Of a stretch of DNA of 64,000 bases, positions 8,770 through 18,300 are shown in pieces; the stretch's first letter is position 1, and each line of letters opens with the position of its first letter. A program made the position numbers and the translations under genes. This DNA comes from a virus, in the IMG/VR virus record IMGVR_UViG_3300027963_000040. One strand, given 5' to 3'. Below the pieces are notes generated by a model that did no database searches, was not told where the DNA came from, and saw only the letters and a list, made by a program, of their open reading frames with translations.

Positions 8770-9329
8770 TACAAAGAAACTTCGCCTACGATCTTTTCAT
8801 CGAGGTCGGCTTCATCAAGATCGAGTTGGCGAACTCGATTCTTCCAAGCTTGTAATGCATTCTTTTCAATATTATCATCTTCCCACAACATATCGATCTC
8901 AATTCCTGCCTCCGTCAACATCTTCTTGGATGTCTCGTAGTTGTGAATCGGTATCTTGGTCGATTGGCTGATTGGTCTTGTTACAACCCTAACGATACCC
9001 GATTGAATCAACGCTCTGGCGCAATCGGAGCAGGGGAACATAGTTGTATACGCAATACAGTTATCCGTCCGTGCTCCGTTCCTAGCAGCGTTGTAGATAG
9101 CATTACGCTCGGCGTGTTCGGTCCAGAGGTACTTCTCTGGTCGTTCATGCCGCTCTTCAACGTCATCGTCAACATATCTACAAAAACCATTGTAGCCTGT
9201 TGATCTGACGTCTTGATTATCTGAACCAACAATCACACAACCAACCTTGGTCGATCGGTCTTTCGACTTAGATGCAACCAACTCAGCCATTTTCATAAAG
9301 TAGTAGTCCCAATGCATTGTCATTATCAT
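8769..9329 (-). CDS. cd: dCMP deaminase
   Basis: SKD.STKVG, STGYNG, HAE.NAI, PCxxC. Confidence 0.92.
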   Translation of the reverse strand: MIMTMHWDYYFMKMAELVASKSKDRSTKVGCVIVGSDNQDVRSTGYNGFCRYVDDDVEERHERPEKYLWTEHAERNAIYNAARNGARTDNCIAYTTMFPCSDCARALIQSGIVRVVTRPISQSTKIPIHNYETSKKMLTEAGIEIDMLWEDDNIEKNALQAWKNRVRQLDLDEADLDEKIVGEVSL

Positions 9330-9607
9330 ACCTTAATAGGATAAAAGTGTTGATGAATCGCCAAGGAATTATCAATTCCACAGCAAAGGTAACCATACTC
9401 GTACGAATTGGGAGTGCATATCTTTGGATTGATCTCTATATTTTCCATTAGATCTTTGGTTTGTTCATCAACAACCTTCATGCACTCCGCGATGATCAAT
9501 TCAGCAAACTTTCTTTCCCACATAGTTCCAGCTATTTCCCTTGGCTGCGTTTTACAATATTCTGCAGCCTGAACAGCAAGTTCTTCAATTCGATCTTTGC
9601 TCATCAA
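9326..9607 (-). CDS. hypothetical protein
   Basis: KFAELIIxEC motif typical of small phage proteins. Confidence 0.65.
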   Translation of the reverse strand: MMSKDRIEELAVQAAEYCKTQPREIAGTMWERKFAELIIAECMKVVDEQTKDLMENIEINPKICTPNSYEYGYLCCGIDNSLAIHQHFYPIKV

Positions 9608-9888
9608 CCATGGATCCTATTCATATGACCTGCTTTCTGGATTGCTTGCTCTTTTGTGTAACCGTCCACAAGATAAGATTTGTATAACCAATCAAATCGC
9701 ATAGGTGCTAATTCATAAATTGAAAGACTTGGTTCTACTACACCAACACAACGAAAACAAAGATCCTTGTGATCAGAACAGAACCCCACTTCTTCCAGAA
9801 CCTTCCAACAACGCTCACATTTGGTTCCTATTGCTCGTGTTATTGTTACGCCAACAGTCATATTGTCACTCATCATCCAATGTCCCAA
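9604..9888 (-). CDS. small protein with IleRS-type C-terminal zinc finger
   Basis: GTKCERCWK..EVG....H.DLC.RC..VV resembles the zf-FPG/IleRS motif. Confidence 0.65.
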   Translation of the reverse strand: MGHWMMSDNMTVGVTITRAIGTKCERCWKVLEEVGFCSDHKDLCFRCVGVVEPSLSIYELAPMRFDWLYKSYLVDGYTKEQAIQKAGHMNRIHG

Positions 9889-10054
9889 GATATTTCACAA
9901 CAGGTTGTTTTTGACTTTTTGCCCAAGCTTCGGCTTCTTCTACAGTGCAGAAAGTATTATATCTCAATTCTATCCAAAATGGCCACCACCAGCGCCAAAT
10001 TTGAACTTCATATCCTCTAAAGTTATCTGCAACAATACGATAACGATTTTTCAT
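9866..10054 (-). CDS. hypothetical protein
   Basis: ORF in operon, start MKNRY. Confidence 0.6.
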   Translation of the reverse strand: MKNRYRIVADNFRGYEVQIWRWWWPFWIELRYNTFCTVEEAEAWAKSQKQPVVKYLGTLDDE

Positions 10055-10299
10055 TTGTCTACACTCTCCCATGCCCAATTCACAATCACCCAATCATCAA
10101 TACAATCATCTTTACAATAGCCAGCATCTACAGCTTCTTTGCCAAACTTAGACACCATTGCGTTATACCAACGATCATAGTATTCAGCGAGAATCTCTTC
10201 CTCGGAGACGACCTCAACGTATGAATCGACGGACGGATCAGTCTTCCAAGTGTTGTAACAATAATATCTCACAGCAACTTCGCTTTCATCAAGCCCCAC
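10051..10299 (-). CDS. hypothetical protein
   Basis: ORF in operon. Confidence 0.6.
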   Translation of the reverse strand: MGLDESEVAVRYYCYNTWKTDPSVDSYVEVVSEEEILAEYYDRWYNAMVSKFGKEAVDAGYCKDDCIDDWVIVNWAWESVDK

Positions 10300-10502
10300 T
10301 CAATCATTTCCATCGCGATTTGTTTGTTTTTGTGTTGAGAACGTTCTTCGCCATACTGAGCCATGATGCCTGTAGGCTCGTGCGTGACTCTAATCGAAGA
10401 CGCTGGAATACCAGCTTGCTGACCGCCAGGATATTGTGAAGCACCAGTCTGTTCGTATATGACTTCCACTTTACAATCAGCCTGCCAGTTCGTCACCATC
10501 AA
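10269..10502 (-). CDS. stand-alone class I release factor GGQ (peptidyl-tRNA hydrolase) domain
   Basis: PGGQ..., SSIRVTHEPTGI, ERSQHKNK.IAM matches RF1/RF2 domain 3. Confidence 0.75.
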   Translation of the reverse strand: MMVTNWQADCKVEVIYEQTGASQYPGGQQAGIPASSIRVTHEPTGIMAQYGEERSQHKNKQIAMEMIEWGLMKAKLL

Positions 10503-10681
10503 TCGTCATATCCATACGACGAAGGCAATCGTAAGTCCAACTCGTCGCACTTGTCCCGAAGACGCGCGATTTCTCTTGCGGCTTCTACAAGTACCGCATA
10601 GACTTCCGCATCGGAATCATCTCTTGCTCGAGCCGACACTGTAATCCGAGCGTCTTCGATTCGATCAATAATATCAATCAT
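10499..10681 (-). CDS. hypothetical protein
   Basis: DII.R...EAA.EI.RLR motif. Confidence 0.6.
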   Translation of the reverse strand: MIDIIDRIEDARITVSARARDDSDAEVYAVLVEAAREIARLRDKCDELDLRLPSSYGYDD

Positions 10682-10695
10682 AACAAACCTTTCAA

Positions 10696-11460
10696 TTATA
10701 AAGCGGAGACTAGACCTTTTTCTTCAAGCTTCTCGCGCGCGATGATATAGGATTTCACTAGGTCAGAACGAACGATGTCTTCCCTCGTAAACTCTATTAT
10801 ACTAAAGTCTCGCATTTCGTCAAGCACTTTGAAGAAATCTTTGAAACCAGATTCTTCTCTTTTTCCGCTGAAGTCATTCTGCTTGATGTCACCAGCAAAA
10901 ACCACTCTACAGTTCTTACCGATTCTTGTGAAGACAGAATGCAGCTCGTTAGCTGTCATGTTTTGAAACTCATCAACGATGATAATACAATCACTGAGCG
11001 TGATACCACGAACGAAAGAAGTCGTCATGAATTCAACAACGTTTTTGTTTTTGAGATATTCGTATGAATCACCTCTACCGAAAAGTTCCGCAAAGATTGC
11101 GTAGTAGGGTGCCTCGTAGACTTTGGACTTTTCTTTATTTGAGCCAGGTAGAAAGCCCATGTCTCTAGTAGGAACAACACTACGGATGATTATCATCTTT
11201 TCATGCGTTTTACGTTCCATTATGTCCTGCATACCAAGATAGATTGATAAAAACGACTTACCAGTGCCAGCTGTCCCGATTAGCGCGAGATGTTTATTGT
11301 CATCATAATAATCAAATGTGCGTCGTTGGTTATCTGTTAGAGGGCTGATTTTGCGAAGATTGAAGTTTAACTTCTCTTTCACAACCTCCGAATTTTGATC
11401 TTTTGTTCTTTTTTCTTTTCTTGACAAACGCTTTTTAGTTTGATTGTTTGATACTGGCAT
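10696..11460 (-). CDS. phoH: PhoH family ATPase
   Basis: GTAGTGKS, GFLPG, RGIT, IVDEFQN, GDIKQND. Confidence 0.93.
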   Translation of the reverse strand: MPVSNNQTKKRLSRKEKRTKDQNSEVVKEKLNFNLRKISPLTDNQRRTFDYYDDNKHLALIGTAGTGKSFLSIYLGMQDIMERKTHEKMIIIRSVVPTRDMGFLPGSNKEKSKVYEAPYYAIFAELFGRGDSYEYLKNKNVVEFMTTSFVRGITLSDCIIIVDEFQNMTANELHSVFTRIGKNCRVVFAGDIKQNDFSGKREESGFKDFFKVLDEMRDFSIIEFTREDIVRSDLVKSYIIAREKLEEKGLVSAL

Positions 11461-11468
11461 TTATTCTC

Positions 11469-11717
11469 TCAAAAAGTGTTGACTGTGCTCCTCGTTAGAC
11501 CACGACTGTGCGCTTTCTTGATTTCTTTGAGGCGGTCCCGAAACCCGTTATCAGGTTTACGAAGTCCAAGGCGAATTGAGTCACCGAGGGCAGGAGCAGA
11601 AGTCAGTTGTTGCTGAATTTGTGGATTCTCTTTAAGAAATTCTTCCCTCTCGCTGATGGACATAATGTCAGTCCATTCTTCGCCAGTATTTAGGTTTTTA
11701 AAAGTGTAGCTAGGCAA
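11469..11717 (-). CDS. FmdB-like conserved small protein of T4-like phages
   Basis: MPSYTFKN..TGE N-terminus; next to phoH. Confidence 0.65.
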   Translation of the reverse strand: MPSYTFKNLNTGEEWTDIMSISEREEFLKENPQIQQQLTSAPALGDSIRLGLRKPDNGFRDRLKEIKKAHSRGLTRSTVNTF

Positions 11718-11907
11718 TGATGTTTTCCTTGTACTTTTTGCGTAGTAGTTCGCGATCTTCTTGTAGCATATTAATCAATACGCCCATCGCGTTGTATTCG
11801 GTTTGATATTCGCCAGCTTTACGAAGCAAAAGAAGAGCTACGTAGAACTCACCAACTGCCTTTTCGAGCATCTCTTCAATTTCTTCGATAGTCTTCGTAT
11901 TCGTCAT
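11710..11907 (-). CDS. hypothetical protein
   Basis: ORF in operon. Confidence 0.55.
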   Translation of the reverse strand: MTNTKTIEEIEEMLEKAVGEFYVALLLLRKAGEYQTEYNAMGVLINMLQEDRELLRKKYKENIIA

Positions 11908-12067
11908 CGTCCATTCCCATAATCTGATCAACATTCTTAGATCGAATAAGATTCTTCAACCGTTTTTCTTTGCGTTTCTGCTTGGTGTCCTGGTAGCTGT
12001 AACTGTCTTCATCGTCATCGTACCAGTCGCGGCGGCTACTGAAATTCTTATTCTTAGACTTACTCAT
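11876..12067 (-). CDS. hypothetical highly charged protein
   Basis: GGAGG RBS, start MSKSK. Confidence 0.55.
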   Translation of the reverse strand: MSKSKNKNFSSRRDWYDDDEDSYSYQDTKQKRKEKRLKNLIRSKNVDQIMGMDDDEYEDYRRN

Positions 12068-12086
12068 TGTAGTATGTTGATCCTCC

Positions 12087-12497
12087 TTACAGGATATTAG
12101 GAAATGCTTTGGTGACAACTTCTTTCGTCACGCCAGGATATGGAATATGTTTTTCTTTGACAGCAAGCAATAGCTTTGCGTCCTCAGGATCGAGTGTTTC
12201 GAGTAGCTCAATGAACAATGCTTCACGGCGAAGCTGCTTGAGATTGGGATTACCACCCTCAATGAACAGATACAGCTTACGAGCCTCAGTATATAGCCTG
12301 TTCTGTTGATCAACAAGATCATTTACCTTGTACGGAGGAGCTCCTTCCGGCAGTAACCAAACGATCTTAGGATCATATGCTCCGCGAAGCATACTCTCTA
12401 ATGCAACACTGTTGTTTTGACGGAGCCAGTCAATACGCTGGTTTTCGTCTGTGATTTCTGATGCTTTCTTTAGGATTTCAGCAACACCTAGTTTCAT
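12087..12497 (-). CDS. conserved hypothetical protein downstream of rnh
   Basis: LPEGAPPY, RREALFIELLE motifs. Confidence 0.75.
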   Translation of the reverse strand: MKLGVAEILKKASEITDENQRIDWLRQNNSVALESMLRGAYDPKIVWLLPEGAPPYKVNDLVDQQNRLYTEARKLYLFIEGGNPNLKQLRREALFIELLETLDPEDAKLLLAVKEKHIPYPGVTKEVVTKAFPNIL

Positions 12498-13345
12498 ACA
12501 AAGTCTCCGATATTTTCCATGAGATTCTTTAGTCGATTAGCAATAAAATAATCCATCAGCTTGTTGGGCTTCTTACCAAGCTGTTCCCCATAACTTTCGA
12601 GAATCTTATCAGCGATATGTTCGGGAATCTTAGTCAGGTCAATCAGTTGCTCATTGCGCTTGTAGTTACGCAGCATCAACTCCGTACAGAAACGCTCTGG
12701 CTCTTGATTGATCCATACTTCGAGCTTCTTAGAACTGATGGGTTTCTGACGTTCACCAACAACCAGACAGTTATCAGGGCTGAGGAAGTTGGGAACTCCA
12801 TCGCCTGCATCACCCTTGATAATATGTTCCTTGAGGAACTGTTCTGGGTTGTTATGAGTGACGAACTTCTTCAGTACAGGATTATACTGACGAACGTTGA
12901 GGTAACGCTGGAGCTGAACGAAGTCTTTGTCACCAGACAGAATGAGAATCTTCTCATAGTCACCGAATTCGCGACAAAGTGTACCGATGACATCATCAGC
13001 CTCTGCAGTTTCAACATCAATAACACGATAGGGAAAAACGAGCTTGAGTTCCTCACGAATCTTGTGCAAACAATCGAAGATTGCCTTCCAATCAAGCTCG
13101 GAAGTCTCTCGGTTCTTCTTGCGATTCGCTTTGTAATATGGGAACAGCTGTCGACGCCAATAGTTTTTGTTATCGCAAGCGATAATCAACTCGCCGTATT
13201 CTTCTCCGAACTTAGCCTTGAAAGATCGGATAGAGTTTAGGACCATATGGCGAACCATACTTTCCTCAATTTCCGCGTTGGTATGGTTACCAAGTTGAAC
13301 CATAATATTGCTAAGCATAACCTGAGAAAGATCAAGAATAATCAT
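12494..13345 (-). CDS. rnh: T4-type RNase H / 5'-3' exonuclease
   Basis: YWRR..FPYYKANRK, EADD, SGDKDF.QL, GDAGDGVPN. Confidence 0.93.
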   Translation of the reverse strand: MIILDLSQVMLSNIMVQLGNHTNAEIEESMVRHMVLNSIRSFKAKFGEEYGELIIACDNKNYWRRQLFPYYKANRKKNRETSELDWKAIFDCLHKIREELKLVFPYRVIDVETAEADDVIGTLCREFGDYEKILILSGDKDFVQLQRYLNVRQYNPVLKKFVTHNNPEQFLKEHIIKGDAGDGVPNFLSPDNCLVVGERQKPISSKKLEVWINQEPERFCTELMLRNYKRNEQLIDLTKIPEHIADKILESYGEQLGKKPNKLMDYFIANRLKNLMENIGDFV

Positions 13346-13357
13346 TGTATACGAGCC

Positions 13358-13735
13358 TTAGCTCTTTCCTTCCTTTGGTGTGATCACAATCTTAACTTTG
13401 TCTGAAACTTCTAGATTACCATCTTCATCGACTTGATCGAAAAGATTCTCTGCAATCAGCTGTAATGGATGAGGCAAACCAGAAACTTTACAAAGAAAAG
13501 ACCTGGCAGCTTCTACAATCAAAGCTCCATGCTTCATATATTTTTCTTCGTCATCTTCGTCAGGTTGAAATCCAGCAACCGAAAAGCTCTCGAACAATCT
13601 AGGAACTACAAGCTCGAGGGTTTCCTGAATGTAAACTTGGCGAACCATATCAAGATTGTCCACGACTTCCTCAATTGTTTGAGGACCACGGACATTCTTT
13701 CCAGGAAACACGATGATATTATTTGCAGCATCCAT
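13358..13735 (-). CDS. hypothetical protein
   Basis: NNIIVFP N-terminus; own promoter. Confidence 0.7.
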   Translation of the reverse strand: MDAANNIIVFPGKNVRGPQTIEEVVDNLDMVRQVYIQETLELVVPRLFESFSVAGFQPDEDDEEKYMKHGALIVEAARSFLCKVSGLPHPLQLIAENLFDQVDEDGNLEVSDKVKIVITPKEGKS

Positions 13736-13777
13736 AAGCTTATTATACCTGATTTTTTTTTATTAGTCAAGGACTAT

Positions 13778-14362
13778 TTAGAGTTTTAGATTATTTCCCT
13801 GAATCGAATGATCTGTTCTAATCTTTTGAACAAGAGAATGTAAGATCATCATATGAGTGTCTTCTACAATTCCGTAGTTATTTGCATCAACATGAATCAC
13901 CACGTCCGCCAGGTGATCCTCCAAAACTTTTCCTCCATCAAACCCCACGAGAGCGATCGTCTTCGCTCCAATAGAGTTGGAAAATTGTAGCCCACGCGTA
14001 ATATTCGTGGAATTACCGCTAGAAGAAACTGCTATAGCGAGGGACGGTCTATGGTAAGAGATTTGATCCTGAAAGATATTGAGGTAACTCATATCATTAG
14101 CCAGAGCAGTCAATAGAGGACCATTGCTTGTAAGGCTCGTACACTTCGGTTTTAGATCAGTATCCGAGCGAACACCTTTTACGAAGTCAGCACAGAAATG
14201 ATCAGCGATAGCGGCAGATCCTCCGTTACCGAAGATTACTACGTTGTCCATATTTCTCAGAAGCAGCGCATATGCTTCATCAATCTTTGGTTGATCTACA
14301 GCCATAGCTGCTGCGTAAAGTTTTACAGCGTAATTGGAAAAAGAATTTGATGCAGATATCAT
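13778..14362 (-). CDS. gmhA: phosphoheptose isomerase (SIS domain)
   Basis: FGNGGSAAIADH, TALAND, SSSGNS, IVEDTH. Confidence 0.88.
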   Translation of the reverse strand: MISASNSFSNYAVKLYAAAMAVDQPKIDEAYALLLRNMDNVVIFGNGGSAAIADHFCADFVKGVRSDTDLKPKCTSLTSNGPLLTALANDMSYLNIFQDQISYHRPSLAIAVSSSGNSTNITRGLQFSNSIGAKTIALVGFDGGKVLEDHLADVVIHVDANNYGIVEDTHMMILHSLVQKIRTDHSIQGNNLKL

Positions 14363-15345
14363 AATGTTACAGCTGTGCTTCCCTGATCTGTAAAGTTGAA
14401 ATTGAATCTTTTGTATTCGCGCATCGCGAGAGAAACTGATCCTCGACTAGATTCTGGAACGTAGAATAGCATATAGCCACCACCACCAGCACCAAGTAAC
14501 TTACCACCGAGCGCACCAGCACTTATACCTCTCTGATACATGAAATCAATATCAGAGTTTGAGATTTTGTTTGATAACTTCTTTTTGGTTTTCCAGGCTT
14601 CGTCTAACAAAGCTCCGAAGTCATCGATCTTGTTTTTTACCAGATAACCGAGTGCCTGTTTAGCGAGGTATACCAATCTGGTTGTATTATCGAACGCGTC
14701 AACATCGTTACTGATGTTATTGACCTGATCAGAAAGGATATCCGTGGTGTTTCTACTTATGCCTGTAGAATAACACATAAGGTTGTCATTCAACTTACGA
14801 AGAACTGATGCCCCAATATTAAGCGGAGTAACTTCAACTCCGGATGAATCGAACCGGATAACGTTGAACCCACCATATGCTGCTGCATACTGATCTTGCT
14901 TGCCAATTGGTTCGTCGCAGAGATCGATTTCAATCTCACAAGCAGCCTCCGCAAGATCTCTCTTGTTATGAAGTAGAACCTTATGAGCATACAACGCTTT
15001 CAACAACCCTACGGTGAAAGTCGAAGAAGAACCAAGACCCGTACCCTTTGTAGGAACATCGGAGAAACTACAAATCTCGATGTTGTTTTTGATATTGAAA
15101 TATTTTAAGGCTTCTCTGATACGATTGTGTCTTAACTGTTCAACCTTGTCAACAACTTCCATTTCTGAATAGACAGCTCTAATGTGATTAGTTTGACACT
15201 TGTTTAGAGCAATCTGTATATTCTTATCGATGGTAGTCGAAATGACCATCCCAGGATTTTTAGTGACACATTGATTGTAATACTGTGGAATATCTGATCC
15301 CCCTCCGAAGAAACTAACTCGGAGGGGTGTTGTTGATACTATCAT
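14359..15345 (-). CDS. hddA: GHMP kinase, heptose-7-phosphate kinase (HddA-like)
   Basis: PLRVSFFGGGSD, GTGLGSSS, GKQDQYAAAYGG, GGKLLGAGGGG. Confidence 0.88.
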   Translation of the reverse strand: MIVSTTPLRVSFFGGGSDIPQYYNQCVTKNPGMVISTTIDKNIQIALNKCQTNHIRAVYSEMEVVDKVEQLRHNRIREALKYFNIKNNIEICSFSDVPTKGTGLGSSSTFTVGLLKALYAHKVLLHNKRDLAEAACEIEIDLCDEPIGKQDQYAAAYGGFNVIRFDSSGVEVTPLNIGASVLRKLNDNLMCYSTGISRNTTDILSDQVNNISNDVDAFDNTTRLVYLAKQALGYLVKNKIDDFGALLDEAWKTKKKLSNKISNSDIDFMYQRGISAGALGGKLLGAGGGGYMLFYVPESSRGSVSLAMREYKRFNFNFTDQGSTAVTL

Positions 15346-16328
15346 GTGCTATATTTGAACATCTTCTTAGGGATGCCTCTGGAACCGACTGGATACTGTT
15401 CCTTTAGAGAAGTAAGCATGTCCTGCCACTGACGAGCGATCTTGTTTATGTTGAATCGATTGTCGGCGTAGGACTTCACATAACGTAGGTAGTTCTGTGT
15501 ACTTCCTTCATGAACAACGCTGATAGCTTGGTCTAGAAGATGATAGAACTTATTGGCATGAACATTTGCATTTTCTTCGAACTGATACATTGAAGTCAGA
15601 TTACCGGAAGTATCAGAAAGACCAGCAAGGTTAGGGTGCAGACAAAGAGCGCCAGCACTCATTGATTCAATAAGAGCTCGGCTATTACATTCTTGCCAAA
15701 TAGAAGGATACGCAAAGATGTGAGCCTTCTGTTGAGCTTCTCTGACTACTTCGTTAGGAGCGAACCCATGATAAGTGATCTGTGGATGATTCTTACAGGT
15801 TTCAAATAATTCCTTGAATTGTTCGTCCGCTCCATCCCATCCGTAGATTGAGAAACTTGAAAACACGTCGAGATGGATATTTTTTCTGTGCTTCGCGAGC
15901 TCCACGAAAACTGGTACGAGAAGAGCCAATCCTCTTTGAGGAGTGCTTGTGTAGATGAGTCTGACTTCATCCTTGCTCTTTTCCTTATACTCAATTGGCT
16001 CAATCGGAGTGTCAATAACTGCGCACTTATCGTTCGACGGAATACTCAAAGTGTTAAGGTATTGATTGTATTGCCAGTGACCACAAAAGACCATCTTATG
16101 AAAACGGTCTCGGCTGGCAGTATCCTTTAGATGATTGGTTTCTGGATCCTGGGGAAGATCGTGCAACCAATACACTCTAATCTTGTCTTCCTCAATATTT
16201 CTAACTCTAGAGCAGATAATCTGAAACTCGTCAGCTAGACCCTCTGGCATACGCGCGGCGATCGCGCGCTTAACCATTTCAGTTCCACCAAAAGACTTGG
16301 TAGAGATTTCATTTTCCTCGAACGCCAT
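15342..16328 (-). CDS. glycosyltransferase (GT-B fold, GT4-like)
   Basis: GGTE, WLHD, YTSTPQRGL, YPSIWQE.....IESMSAG. Confidence 0.85.
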   Translation of the reverse strand: MAFEENEISTKSFGGTEMVKRAIAARMPEGLADEFQIICSRVRNIEEDKIRVYWLHDLPQDPETNHLKDTASRDRFHKMVFCGHWQYNQYLNTLSIPSNDKCAVIDTPIEPIEYKEKSKDEVRLIYTSTPQRGLALLVPVFVELAKHRKNIHLDVFSSFSIYGWDGADEQFKELFETCKNHPQITYHGFAPNEVVREAQQKAHIFAYPSIWQECNSRALIESMSAGALCLHPNLAGLSDTSGNLTSMYQFEENANVHANKFYHLLDQAISVVHEGSTQNYLRYVKSYADNRFNINKIARQWQDMLTSLKEQYPVGSRGIPKKMFKYST

Positions 16329-17301
16329 TACGATACTCCCACGCAGATTTGATCATTATGTCTAAGTCATAGTGTTTATACTGGTATTGAAACCCAGTTG
16401 TTCTTATAAATTTGTTAGGATTTGCGACTAGGAACGGCGGATCGCCTACTCTCCTAACACCGACTCTGTATTCAACTTTCCTACAAAGGTTGTTGAACAT
16501 CTCGACGATATCTAGAACGGAGGTTCCTGTTTCGGTTCCTAGATTGAACTTCAAGGAACAAGGATCCTTGTCGTCGCTAAGGTATTTATCAGCGTGGATT
16601 AGAGCTCTACAAACATCGACAACATGTAAGTAGTCTCGAACACAAGTACCATCTCTGGTGTCATAGTCGTCACCATGAATAACAAACGGTGTATCGCCCA
16701 TTATGGCTTTGTCACAAAGTTTGTTGATGATGTGGGGAGTATCTGGTTGCTGCCCAACGTCGCCATAAGCACCAATGACGTTGAAGAATCTAAACGAAGC
16801 TACTCTCAATTTTTTGACTTCGTAGCAAGCATCAATCATCTGCTCACACCAGAGCTTCGAAAGACCATAGTTGTTCGGGGGGCTGATTCTACTTGCTTCA
16901 GTTACAACCTTATCAGTTTCATCGTAAACCGCTGCTGTGCTTGCAAAGATAAGTTTATGTGTAGGCTTCAAATTTTGTAGAAGTTTGAGAGTCTTAGATG
17001 TGTTGTTCTCGAAGTATTCAAGAGGTAAATACGCGCTAGGTCCCAGTAAGCTACTCGCAGCAAGATGAAAGACAGTTGCTTCGGGATAATCTTTGAATAC
17101 TTGCCTCGCGGGAGCGCTGGAAAAACAGTCGCCAAGGAACTCATCACAATACTTTGTTCTTGTCTTGTTTGTCATCCAACATTTTAGCGCATCGGGGTCG
17201 TTGTCAATTCCGACAACGTAGTAGTCATTTTCTTTTAGGAATTTAGTAAGAACTGAGCCGATATAACCAAACGACCCAGTTACTATAGCTACAGGTTTCA
17301 T
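16309..17301 (-). CDS. NAD-dependent epimerase (GalE-like)
   Basis: TGSFGYIGS, YGLSK, RFFNVIGA, DGTCVRDYLHV. Confidence 0.9.
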   Translation of the reverse strand: MKPVAIVTGSFGYIGSVLTKFLKENDYYVVGIDNDPDALKCWMTNKTRTKYCDEFLGDCFSSAPARQVFKDYPEATVFHLAASSLLGPSAYLPLEYFENNTSKTLKLLQNLKPTHKLIFASTAAVYDETDKVVTEASRISPPNNYGLSKLWCEQMIDACYEVKKLRVASFRFFNVIGAYGDVGQQPDTPHIINKLCDKAIMGDTPFVIHGDDYDTRDGTCVRDYLHVVDVCRALIHADKYLSDDKDPCSLKFNLGTETGTSVLDIVEMFNNLCRKVEYRVGVRRVGDPPFLVANPNKFIRTTGFQYQYKHYDLDIMIKSAWEYRNGVRGK

Positions 17302-17900
17302 CTCTTCAGATACACCGCATTGATAGATGTCATACGACCAAAGTTTTCAAGCGGATCAACTCGCGTGAAACCATGGTCATTATGTAAAGAATCCCACCAA
17401 GGTTCATCCTTTAGTGTAACGTGATATCCTTCATCTGGGAATGTAGCAATACCAACAGTAAAGATACCACCTTGCTTTAGGTGATTATTGATGTTTGTAA
17501 GTACTTGAACCAAGTCGGCTTCATGAATGTGTTCAAGCACATCGAATGCCGAAATAACATCAAACTCGATACGATTACCTTCGTCGTCTAGAACTTCAAA
17601 TGGTTTGGTGATATCAGCAGTGAACAGATTATTCGGAATCTTTGGCCATTCGCCATGTTCATTCTTTCTGCCATAATCACTACCTTCGATACCAACAGCA
17701 AGAATATCATTCTTCAAGAACTGAGAAACAAACCCACCACCAGCACAACCAAGATCCATGTAACGCATATCAGGTCCAAACCTACGGATAAGTTCTCTCA
17801 CATATGCGCCATTTTTAGTATTATCTTGTTTTGTGCCATTAGGAACGATGTGATCATGACTCTCGTAAGCAATCGGGAAATCAGTAACAACTCTAACCAT
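17298..17900 (-). CDS. class I SAM-dependent methyltransferase
   Basis: DLGCAGG, FDVI.AFDVLEH. Confidence 0.85.
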   Translation of the reverse strand: MVRVVTDFPIAYESHDHIVPNGTKQDNTKNGAYVRELIRRFGPDMRYMDLGCAGGGFVSQFLKNDILAVGIEGSDYGRKNEHGEWPKIPNNLFTADITKPFEVLDDEGNRIEFDVISAFDVLEHIHEADLVQVLTNINNHLKQGGIFTVGIATFPDEGYHVTLKDEPWWDSLHNDHGFTRVDPLENFGRMTSINAVYLKR

Positions 17901-18300
17901 TTTTAATTCTTCTCCTCAATTCAGAACTACTCCAAGTGTGATATCTCGGAATCAAAATAATCTCTATGTTTCGTTCTCTACAAATTTCCATACCAGTGTA
18001 AGATCTGAAAGCGTAATCTGAACCTATGAATCTTTTATTGATATTCGCGGTTGATAAAAAATTCACTAGATCTAACTCCGTGTCATACGGAAAGATATCG
18101 TTGACAGCATTCAGAGCGCCTAGCTGAATGTGTCTTTCTAAAGTAGACTGCACGGGTTTGTTCTTTTCCGGACGATCAATAGTTGGGTCAGTATGCAACC
18201 CAACAACCAAATAGTCACATTGTTTCGCGGCACTATTCAAAAGATGAACGTGACCGGGATGTAGTAGGTCAAATGCGCCGCAAGTGAATCCTACTACCAT
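17893..18300 (-). CDS. cytidylyltransferase (TagD/HldE-C-like)
   Basis: GAFDLLHPGH, GSDY, SSSELR. Confidence 0.88.
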   Translation of the reverse strand: MVVGFTCGAFDLLHPGHVHLLNSAAKQCDYLVVGLHTDPTIDRPEKNKPVQSTLERHIQLGALNAVNDIFPYDTELDLVNFLSTANINKRFIGSDYAFRSYTGMEICRERNIEIILIPRYHTWSSSELRRRIKNG

